A DNA stretch of 63,381 nt, the filler included, from Eubacteriales bacterium (GTDB lineage Bacteria > Bacillota > Clostridia > Oscillospirales > CAG-382): the NCBI GenBank assembly GCA_045636665.1. It is 4 parts of 4 records of this genome, joined end to end, with 100 filler letters (N's around TTAATTAATTAA, not from the genome) between each part and the next. Parts side by side here need not be neighbours in the genome. Positions count along the whole stretch, not along the records: positions 16,307 to 43,244 come from JAZTXY010000013.1; 3 more parts are not named here. One strand, 5' to 3'. Under the pieces are notes generated by a model. It saw nothing but the letters and a program-made list of their open reading frames with translations. It had not been told where the DNA came from and did no database searches. The translations under genes and the position numbers were made by a program. Within the stretch, counting starts at the first letter, position 1; the number at the start of each line of letters is the position of its first letter. Positions 28,457-36,092 of the stretch are shown here, piece after piece.

Positions 28457-29352
28457 ACGAAAATGCAATCGATTCGTTGTTTCGTTACCTTCCGCTAAGA
28501 ATAAACCGCGCATTAAACGCGTTGCCTTATGAGGTTTTAACGGCGGCGAACGAGATACGTCTGCGTAAAAATGCTCCCGTTTCGGTTACGGTAGGGACAA
28601 AAAATCTTACCATTGATTCGTTTGGCAGGGTTTGCAACATCAAAAACGGTATGCGCATTACCGAGTCCGAGCTTTTTGAATGTATCGAAAGGCTGACCGA
28701 CGGCTCGGTTTATACCTATGACGAATATCTGAAAAAAGGATTTATTCCGCTTGCAAACGGCGGCAGAGCAGGTGTTTGCGGCAGTGCGGCACCTTCGGGC
28801 AATTGGACTGTGATTCACAGCATAAATTTGCGTATTTGCCGTTTCGTTCCAAGGGCGGCAGAGGAATTGATAAAGCATTTTGCAAGCGAGGGAATAAAAA
28901 GCACCGTCGTTTGCGCACCTCCCGCGCAGGGCAAGACGACCTTTTTGAAAAGCGCCGCATATCTGCTTGCAAACGGAATTGGAATAGCTCCGACTCGTGT
29001 CGGCATAGCGGACGAGCGCGGCGAAATTTTTCATGGAATAAACGATAACGGCTTAATAGACCCTTGCGTGTTTTTGCCGAAGGCGCAGGGCATCGAGCTT
29101 TTAACGCGCGTAATGTCGCCCGAGGTTATTATTTGCGACGAAATAAGCGCAACCGAGGTCGACGCGGTTATCGAAGCGCAAAATTGCGGAGTTTCGCTTA
29201 TTGCGTCGGCGCATTGCTTTGATATTAAGGACCTTTTACTTCGCGGACGGATGAAGGCGCTTGCAAACCCGAACGTTTTTCCGTTGTGCGCGATTCTCGG
29301 ATTCGACGGGGAATTTAATTGCTCGGTGTATAAAACGGAGGAGCTTTTATGA
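28453..29352 (+). CDS. spoIIIAA: Stage III sporulation protein AA (ATPase)
   Basis: EIRLRKNAP, PPAQGKTT, DERGEI, MSPEVIICDEI. Confidence 0.9.
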   Translation: MNENAIDSLFRYLPLRINRALNALPYEVLTAANEIRLRKNAPVSVTVGTKNLTIDSFGRVCNIKNGMRITESELFECIERLTDGSVYTYDEYLKKGFIPLANGGRAGVCGSAAPSGNWTVIHSINLRICRFVPRAAEELIKHFASEGIKSTVVCAPPAQGKTTFLKSAAYLLANGIGIAPTRVGIADERGEIFHGINDNGLIDPCVFLPKAQGIELLTRVMSPEVIICDEISATEVDAVIEAQNCGVSLIASAHCFDIKDLLLRGRMKALANPNVFPLCAILGFDGEFNCSVYKTEELL

Positions 29353-29834
29353 ATTGGCTCGGCGCGTTATTGACGGTTATCGCCTCGTATATTTGCGGAG
29401 CTATGCTTGCAAGCGGCGAAACCGAAAAGGCAAAGGCGATTGACTCGATAACACGGCTTTTAACGTATATGCGCCGCAGGATGCTTGCCGAAAGGTTGCC
29501 GCTTTACCGCATTTTTGCGGAATTTGAGGACGGTTTTCTTGAAGACGTCGGCTTTTTGGAGTGTATACGGTCAAGCCGTCGCGGTTTGGAAACGCTTTGG
29601 CAAAATGCCGTAAAAGCTCTGCCGACCGATAAGGAAACGATCGAAGAACTGACGCATTTCGGAGAAAGCCTCGGCGCGTTGCCGTTGGACGAGCAAATAA
29701 AGCGGATCGATATTGTATCTTCTTTTCTTGCCGAAAAAAAGGCACAGCTAAACGGCGCGCTCCGTCAAAAAATGAAAAGCATTAAAAGCGTGTGTCTTCT
29801 TATGGGAATCGCAATCGCGATAATCCTTTTATAG
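29349..29834 (+). CDS. spoIIIAB: Stage III sporulation protein AB
   Basis: TM helices at both ends, FGESLG, position in operon. Confidence 0.8.
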   Translation: MNWLGALLTVIASYICGAMLASGETEKAKAIDSITRLLTYMRRRMLAERLPLYRIFAEFEDGFLEDVGFLECIRSSRRGLETLWQNAVKALPTDKETIEELTHFGESLGALPLDEQIKRIDIVSSFLAEKKAQLNGALRQKMKSIKSVCLLMGIAIAIILL

Positions 29835-29849
29835 AAAGGGCGAAAAAAT

Positions 29850-30044
29850 TTGGGAATATCCTTGATACTTAAAATAGCGGGAATAGGAATCGTTGCAAGC
29901 GTCGCTTGCCAAATATTGCAAAAAAGCGGCCGCGACGAGCAGGCGACGTTTGTAACCGTTGCGGGTGTTGTTGTCGTTATGCTTTTGCTGGCAAGTGAAA
30001 TAAGCGGATTGTTTTCGACGCTCAGGAGCGTTTTCGGGCTGTGA
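29850..30044 (+). CDS. spoIIIAC: Stage III sporulation protein AC
   Basis: ILKIAGIGI...QILQKSGRDEQA. Confidence 0.9.
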   Translation: MGISLILKIAGIGIVASVACQILQKSGRDEQATFVTVAGVVVVMLLLASEISGLFSTLRSVFGL

Positions 30045-30424
30045 ATATCTTTACGGTTTGTGCTTTCGGCATCGTTTCCGCTTGTATTGTCGGGGTAGTT
30101 CGCGCTTTGCGTCCCGAGGTTGCAACTCTTGCGGCGGCGGTTGCAGGGGTAATCGTGCTTTCGTATGTAATATCTGCGGTTGCGCCTTTCGTTTCGTTTA
30201 TAAAGGGCGTATCGGTCGAAAGCGGAGTTCAAAGCTATTTCGTGCTTATGCTGAAGGCTCTTGCCATATCCTTTTGCTGTAAGGTGTCCTCGGAAATATG
30301 CCGTGATTGCGGTGAAAATTCGCTTGCTTCGGGAATCGAGCTTGCAGGCAAGATTTCTATCGTGCTGATAAGCCTGCCTGTCGTTCAACAACTATTAGAT
30401 ATCGCAAAGGATATGATGGGATGA
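30041..30424 (+). CDS. spoIIIAD: Stage III sporulation protein AD
   Basis: ICRDCGENSLASGIELAGK. Confidence 0.9.
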   Translation: MNIFTVCAFGIVSACIVGVVRALRPEVATLAAAVAGVIVLSYVISAVAPFVSFIKGVSVESGVQSYFVLMLKALAISFCCKVSSEICRDCGENSLASGIELAGKISIVLISLPVVQQLLDIAKDMMG

Positions 30425-31521
30425 AAAAAACAGTCGTTGCGCTTGCCGCAGTCGTAATATCAATAGCGTTTTTTTCGGTACGCGCGAATGCCTATTCAAA
30501 CGAAATCGAGCAATCGATTGCCGAAGAGGTCGGCGCAGATGAATTGCAAAACGAGTATTTGAGCGAGGACGAGCTTAACGGCGACAAAAATATTAATATC
30601 TTTGAAAAAGCGTTTGCGATAATCGTTTCGGCTTTCCAAAAAAACGGCAATACGGTTATAGGGTCGTTTGGCGCGGTCCTTGCGGTAATCGTTTTGTCCG
30701 CCGCGATGCACTCGCTTAAATTCGCAGACAGTCAAACACTTGAAACCGCAACCGCTTATATTTCCGTTCTTGTGCTTTCGGGCGTGACCTACGGGGTGCT
30801 TTATAACCTTTTCGTTGTGGTTATCGCTTCGATGGAATCCTTGACGCTTGCGATGAGCACGCTTATGCCGATAATGGCAACCCTGCACGCAACGGGCGGT
30901 ACTGCCGTTACGGGCGCGGCAACGGGCGCAGGGCTTACGATGTTTTTGTCGGTCATCTCGATAATATGCGGCAAGGTCTTGCTTCCGTTGGTGCGTATAT
31001 CGTTTGCGCTTTGCATCGTCGGCGCGATTCCCGGCGGTATAAATTTAAGCGCCGTTACGAATCTTGTAAAAAGCACCGCCACAACGCTGATGGCATTTAT
31101 TTTCGGGCTGTTGGGATTTGCTCTTTATTTGCAAAGCACCGTCGCGGCGGCAAGTGACAACTACATAACCCGAAGCGTGCGCTTTGCTTCGGGCGTTTTC
31201 GTGCCCGTAATCGGCTCGATGCTGGGTGATGCCTCGCGCACCGTTATCGCTTCGACCTCGGTAATCAAGGGGACTGTCGGAGCATCGGGTGTGGTTATAA
31301 TTCTTTCCGCGGTTCTGCCGCCGTTGATAATCGTTGTATTTCACAAGCTTTTGCTTTTGTCGTGCGCCATAATCGCAAAAACGTTATCCGCAGAGCGTGA
31401 AAGCGCGTTCCTTTATGATATGTGCGGAATAATCAACGTGCTTTTGGCGCTTGTTGCAGGCGCAGGCGCGGTTTGTATTATCGCCATGGCAGTATTTGTA
31501 AAATCGGGGGTCAGCGGATGA
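30421..31521 (+). CDS. spoIIIAE: Stage III sporulation protein AE
   Basis: FVPVIGSMLGD, multi-TM, position in operon. Confidence 0.88.
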   Translation: MKKTVVALAAVVISIAFFSVRANAYSNEIEQSIAEEVGADELQNEYLSEDELNGDKNINIFEKAFAIIVSAFQKNGNTVIGSFGAVLAVIVLSAAMHSLKFADSQTLETATAYISVLVLSGVTYGVLYNLFVVVIASMESLTLAMSTLMPIMATLHATGGTAVTGAATGAGLTMFLSVISIICGKVLLPLVRISFALCIVGAIPGGINLSAVTNLVKSTATTLMAFIFGLLGFALYLQSTVAAASDNYITRSVRFASGVFVPVIGSMLGDASRTVIASTSVIKGTVGASGVVIILSAVLPPLIIVVFHKLLLLSCAIIAKTLSAERESAFLYDMCGIINVLLALVAGAGAVCIIAMAVFVKSGVSG

Positions 31522-31979
31522 GCGGATATTTTTACACGCTTCTCGTCGCATCGGTTTGCGGTGCGGTGTGTATGATGCTCGCTTGGGGCGGATTTGAAAA
31601 ATACATAAAATATATCGCGTCGTTGATTTGCGTTGCTCTGCTTATATCTCCGTTGCGCGAAATCGATATAAGCTCGGCGATTTCCGATTCACTTGATTAT
31701 TCACAAGCTGAAACCGATTCGTCAATGACCGACCTATACGCGATTTCCGAGCAGATGACCGAGCAGACAGCCGAGAAATATATACGCGATATTGTTTTTT
31801 CGGAATTCGGAATAAATGCGGTATCCGCCGACATAAAGATAGAGTGGGGAGAAACCGAAGCGGTAATAACCGATATCGATTTGGTTTTAACAAAAAACGA
31901 TATGAATAGGGCTGACGGTATAAAAAAATACCTCTTTTCGGTATTAGGAGGCGAGGTGAGGGTAATTGAAGAACAATGA
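31518..31979 (+). CDS. spoIIIAF: Stage III sporulation protein AF
   Basis: ATG at 31518 overlapping the AE stop; FEKYIKYIASLICVALLISP. Confidence 0.75.
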   Translation: MSGYFYTLLVASVCGAVCMMLAWGGFEKYIKYIASLICVALLISPLREIDISSAISDSLDYSQAETDSSMTDLYAISEQMTEQTAEKYIRDIVFSEFGINAVSADIKIEWGETEAVITDIDLVLTKNDMNRADGIKKYLFSVLGGEVRVIEEQ

Positions 31980-32472
31980 AATCCTTGAAAAGATAAAAAA
32001 GCTGTTCGATAAAAAGGGCTTCGGATTTGTTTTTCTCGCCTTGATTGCAGGTATAGCCCTGATGATAATCCCGTCAAGCGGTCAAGAAACGACACCGATT
32101 GAAGAAAATAAAACGGTCACCTCGTTTGAATATTGCACTCTGCTCGAGCAAAAAGCGAAAAATCTTATTTGCGAATTGCCCGAAATCGACGGCTGCGAGG
32201 TTTTTATAACGCTTGAAAAGGGTTATCGCTATATCTATGCCACCGACCAGCACGTAAGAGAATCGAGCGACCAAAAGGAAACCGACAAAACTATAGTTCT
32301 TGCTCAAGGCGACGGTAGGGAAGAGCCGATACTTATCGAAGAAACGATGCCCTGCGTTGCAGGTGTTGCGGTGGTGTGCAAGGGTGCAAATTATCAAACG
32401 CAATACCGAATAATCGAGCTTATGTGTGCGCTATTCGATATAAAAAGTAACCGTATAAGTATACAAACATAA
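31966..32472 (+). CDS. spoIIIAG: Stage III sporulation protein AG
   Basis: N-terminal TM; PCVAGVAVVCKGA; LFDIKSNRI. Confidence 0.85.
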   Translation: MKNNEILEKIKKLFDKKGFGFVFLALIAGIALMIIPSSGQETTPIEENKTVTSFEYCTLLEQKAKNLICELPEIDGCEVFITLEKGYRYIYATDQHVRESSDQKETDKTIVLAQGDGREEPILIEETMPCVAGVAVVCKGANYQTQYRIIELMCALFDIKSNRISIQT

Positions 32473-32499
32473 AATTAATGTCATATATGGAGGACCGAA

Positions 32500-33138
32500 A
32501 TGGATATCAAACAACAGTTTTCGCGTATTAAAGAAAAGGCAAAGCAGATCGATTGGAAAAAGATGATCGGCACAAAATCATTTATTACGGTGTCGTGTAT
32601 TATGCTTATCGGTGTTGCAGTGCTTGTAAGCTCGCTTGCAGGTTCTGCGGATGCAAACACTCAAAACGAGGGCGGCGACCGTTTGCTCGGCAACGCATTG
32701 CTTGTTGATACAAGCGTAAATGCCGATGCCACGCTTGACACAAGCACTCCGACCGATTCCAACGTAAACGCAAACCCCGAAACCGCCGAGGATTTCTTTG
32801 CAATGGCGATAATCAACCGCACTCAGGTGCGCGATTCCGCGCTTGAGGTTCTGCGCGAGATTGCCGAAAACCCCGACAGCCTGCCCGATGCAAAAGAAGA
32901 TGCGCTTGAATCTATCGCAGAAATCGCCGACGATATGTCTGCCGAAGCGAATATCGAAACGCTTGTTAAGGCAAAGGGTATCGGCGACTGCGTTGCCGTT
33001 ATCAGCGGTGATAATTGCTCGGTAATCGTCAATCAAAAGAATCTGCTCCCCGACGAGCTTACCCAAATTACCGACATCGTATTCGAGCAAGCGGGCATCC
33101 CTGTTGCGAACATAACAGTAGTTGAAGCAAAGAAGTGA
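32500..33138 (+). CDS. spoIIIAH: Stage III sporulation protein AH
   Basis: FFAMAIINR, EANIETLVKAKG, QITDIV. Confidence 0.88.
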   Translation: MDIKQQFSRIKEKAKQIDWKKMIGTKSFITVSCIMLIGVAVLVSSLAGSADANTQNEGGDRLLGNALLVDTSVNADATLDTSTPTDSNVNANPETAEDFFAMAIINRTQVRDSALEVLREIAENPDSLPDAKEDALESIAEIADDMSAEANIETLVKAKGIGDCVAVISGDNCSVIVNQKNLLPDELTQITDIVFEQAGIPVANITVVEAKK

Positions 33139-33146
33139 TAAACGCC

Positions 33147-33171
33147 GTAGGGGCGATTCACGAATCGCCCG
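33147..33171 (+). repeat. GTAG-type REP-like palindrome
   Basis: GTAG followed by GGGCGATTC-AC-GAATCGCCC. Confidence 0.7.
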
Positions 33172-33196
33172 AAAAGCTTAACAGTTTAAACGAACC

Positions 33197-33235
33197 AAAA
33201 AAGAGCAGACTTTTTTATTAAAAGTCTGCTCTTTT
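33197..33235. terminator. Bidirectional terminator
   Basis: AAAAGAGCAGACTTTT...AAAAGTCTGCTCTTTT between convergent genes. Confidence 0.8.
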
Positions 33236-33248
33236 GCTTGTTGCGGGG

Positions 33249-34628
33249 TTATTCCTCAAGCTCGTCAATTCTGCTTTCAAGGTCTGAAATCATACAGTCG
33301 AGGTCGTCGGTCATCGATTCGACGTCATCAAGTTGTTCTTCGATGTTTTTAAGGCGATTCAATATCTCCTTGAGAATTGCATTGTCGGGGGTGTCGTATT
33401 CGGGATAAAGCTCCTTGCGCGCGAGGTCTGCCCATTTAATGATCTCGGGCCAGTCGCGAACGTCGGAGTTCTGAAGCTTTATGTCAAATTCTTCCTCGAA
33501 TCTTAATCTCGCACGCAAAAGCGAAGGATTTTCGGTCGAATTGTTGATTGCAGAATCGATTTTGTTCCAAACACCGCTTGCGTTCTGCGGAATTTCGGGG
33601 CAAGCGCCCATTTGGTTATTACCCTTGTAAATAAGTCCGTTATCTGCCAAATAATTCGCCATTTCGGGCGTGAATTTCATAAGAAAATCCTGCAATACGT
33701 ACAAATCAAGCTCACTTCTGTCGGCGCGCTCCTTGATTCCGCTTTCGAGAATCGATGAATCGCAGTTTCCGTAATAAATCATAATGTCGCGCCACGCCTG
33801 CGCGTTGTTTTTAAAATAGTCGGCATAGCCGAGGAAGAGCTTTGAAACGTTCCGTCTGCCGAGCAAGCCCCACCAACCATTAAACGCGCCCGTGCCCTTG
33901 CGAACCGCAAATTTAATGCCCTGATGCACCAAAACCTCGGAAGGGAATTCGGTTATAATGCTTTTCCAAACGTTCCAAGTGTCGTAAATTGCGACCATGT
34001 GGTCAAACATATCGTTGATAAAGTCGAGATCCTTGCAAAGAACCAACAGCTTGCCGGCTCTTAAATATTTTTCATTTTTCTGCCGCCAATCGGCAGTCGT
34101 ATCGGCAGACGAAATATATTCAACGACAGTACTTTGAAGAGTCGGCTCGTCTACGTATTTCGCGAGCGAAACGTCGCCGCTTGCGAGCATTTGCTTGCCT
34201 ATACGACCGAGATATTCTTCACTTGCAAAGCGGAAAAGCATCGTTGCCGCCGAGGTCCCTTTTTCGGCGACGATCGTGTCGATTGCGAGAGCAAGCGTTT
34301 CCTTCGACATATTCGGCGCCAACGCATAAATCTCGCCAACGCGCGTCTTGTCGGCAAGCACAAAATATGCCTCGTCTGCAGAGCTGTTCGTCGCGGGAGA
34401 AGTGCTCGGTTGGTTTTCGTATAGGGTATTAATAAGCTCGTCTGCAGGCGTGTCGATAGCAAGTGCTATATCGCCGATTTTGCTTATTTCGGGCATCGCC
34501 TCGGCGCGCTCCCATTTGCTTACCGCTTGGTGCGAAACGCCCACAAGGTCGGCAAGCTGGTCTTGCGTTAATCCCTTTGCCCTTCTTTTCACAGAAAGCA
34601 GATCGGCAAATTTTTTCATATTGAACAT
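33249..34628 (-). CDS. XRE-family HTH transcriptional regulator with a long helical C-terminal region
   Basis: GLTQDQLADLVGVSHQAVSKWER; GGAGG RBS; acidic coiled-coil-like tail. Confidence 0.85.
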   Translation of the reverse strand: MFNMKKFADLLSVKRRAKGLTQDQLADLVGVSHQAVSKWERAEAMPEISKIGDIALAIDTPADELINTLYENQPSTSPATNSSADEAYFVLADKTRVGEIYALAPNMSKETLALAIDTIVAEKGTSAATMLFRFASEEYLGRIGKQMLASGDVSLAKYVDEPTLQSTVVEYISSADTTADWRQKNEKYLRAGKLLVLCKDLDFINDMFDHMVAIYDTWNVWKSIITEFPSEVLVHQGIKFAVRKGTGAFNGWWGLLGRRNVSKLFLGYADYFKNNAQAWRDIMIYYGNCDSSILESGIKERADRSELDLYVLQDFLMKFTPEMANYLADNGLIYKGNNQMGACPEIPQNASGVWNKIDSAINNSTENPSLLRARLRFEEEFDIKLQNSDVRDWPEIIKWADLARKELYPEYDTPDNAILKEILNRLKNIEEQLDDVESMTDDLDCMISDLESRIDELEE

Positions 34629-34734
34629 TTTTGTTACCTCCGTTTAATAAAGCGTGAGGAAGGCCTTTCCATGCAATAAGTGTAGCCGAAAAAGTGTTAA
34701 AAAGCAATAAACTTGTGATAGAAAACGCAAAAAT

Positions 34735-34757
34735 GAGGTTGCAAATTTTGCAACCTC
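34735..34757 (-). terminator. Hairpin, probable terminator downstream of trxB (or operator of the XRE gene)
   Basis: GAGGTTGCAAA-T-TTTGCAACCTC followed by ATTTTT on the minus strand. Confidence 0.5.
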
Positions 34758-34876
34758 GGGTAGAAACGGCGCCGACCTCGCTTTGCTCACGTCAAAAACT
34801 CACGTTTTTAGGAATATGTGCTTGCTCGGTTTGATGATTAAAATAATTTATTATGAAAAGTTTTGGGGAGAGAGCA

Positions 34877-34910
34877 CGAGAGAGGGGCTTTTTTAAAAGC
34901 TCCTCTCTCG
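34877..34910. repeat. Long intergenic palindrome (16-bp stem)
   Basis: CGAGAGAGGGGCTTTT-TT-AAAAGCTCCTCTCTCG. Confidence 0.65.
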
Positions 34911-34928
34911 CATTTACACACAATTCAA

Positions 34929-35840
34929 TTACTTATCCAAATAAGCGTTTGCCGCGAGTGCTGCGGTTGCGCCGTCTGCGATAGCGGTCGCAATTTGGCG
35001 AACGCCTTTAGTGCGGCAGTCACCTGCAACGAAAACACCGTCTGTTGCGGTAAGGCATTTTTCGTCGGAAACGATATAACCCCATTTATCGCGTTCTGCG
35101 ATACCTTCGGCGATAGCGGTGTCGGGCGCGAGGCCGATTGCAACGAAAACACCCTCGAAATCAAGCTTGGTTTCAAGCCCGTCGGAAACGCGCTTTGTCA
35201 TAATACCCGTAAGCTCGCCGTTTTCCGAAAGAAATTCGGTTACAACGGTGCCGAAAATGGCGTTTACGTTGGGCTTTGCCATAAGCGCTTCTGCAAGACG
35301 GCTTTCGCCGGTGAAGCTGTCAAGGTTTTGAATAACGGTTACGCTTTCGCAAAGGTCGGAAAGCAGGATAGCTTCCTGAAGCGCCGAATTACCGCCTCCG
35401 ATAACCGCAACCTTTTTACCTGCGTGGAATGCGCCGTCGCAAACCGCGCAGAAGGAAATGCCGTTGCCGACAAGGTCGGTTTCGCCCTTAACGCCAAGCA
35501 AACGGTGCTTAGCGCCCGTTGCGATGATGATTGCCTTTGCCGAATGCTCGCCGCAATCGGTTTTAACGGTTTTTGTGCCGTCGGGGTTGACGGTTATAGC
35601 TTCAACCTCTTCAAGCTCTACCTCGGCACCCTGTGCGAGTGCCTGCTCAACAAGACTGTCGGCAAGCTCGGTGCCCGAAACAGAGATGAATCCGGGGTAG
35701 TTTTCAATCTTCGGGGAGAAGGTCATCTGTCCGCCGAAGCTTGTTTTTTCAAGAATAAGAACGCTTTTGTTAGCGCGGAGCGCGTAAATTGCGGCGGTCA
35801 GACCGGCAGGTCCTGCGCCGATTATAATTATATCGTGCAT
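34929..35840 (-). CDS. trxB: Thioredoxin reductase
   Basis: GAGPAG, ENYPG, CAVCDG, GGGNSA, FVAGDCR. Confidence 0.95.
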   Translation of the reverse strand: MHDIIIIGAGPAGLTAAIYALRANKSVLILEKTSFGGQMTFSPKIENYPGFISVSGTELADSLVEQALAQGAEVELEEVEAITVNPDGTKTVKTDCGEHSAKAIIIATGAKHRLLGVKGETDLVGNGISFCAVCDGAFHAGKKVAVIGGGNSALQEAILLSDLCESVTVIQNLDSFTGESRLAEALMAKPNVNAIFGTVVTEFLSENGELTGIMTKRVSDGLETKLDFEGVFVAIGLAPDTAIAEGIAERDKWGYIVSDEKCLTATDGVFVAGDCRTKGVRQIATAIADGATAALAANAYLDK

Positions 35841-36003
35841 TATTTGCTTCCTTTCGGGCTTCGTTTTTGGGCTAAACCGAAATATCTATAGTGCTTTTTG
35901 CCTTGGGCAGTAGGTTTCTACAGCTCCAAACCAAAAATCCCGATTTATCTCCAAAAACGCGCGCCTTTTATGTAAGAATAGTTTATAAAACAGCAAACGG
36001 TAT

Positions 36004-36038
36004 AAAAACTGTCGCAAGGGATACTCGCGACAGTTTTT
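36004..36038 (-). terminator. Terminator after nrdD
   Basis: AAAAACTGTCGC...GCGACAGTTTTT. Confidence 0.75.
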
Positions 36039-36092
36039 GTTTTGCTAAAGTTTTTGGGACTTTCTGTTGTGGGGATGATTTTTTAGGGGTTA

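Noticed and set aside
35914..35921. GTTTCTAC core of a purine riboswitch
   Set aside because: Wrong strand for trxB and lacks the flanking stems; no such aptamer was seen before guaA either.
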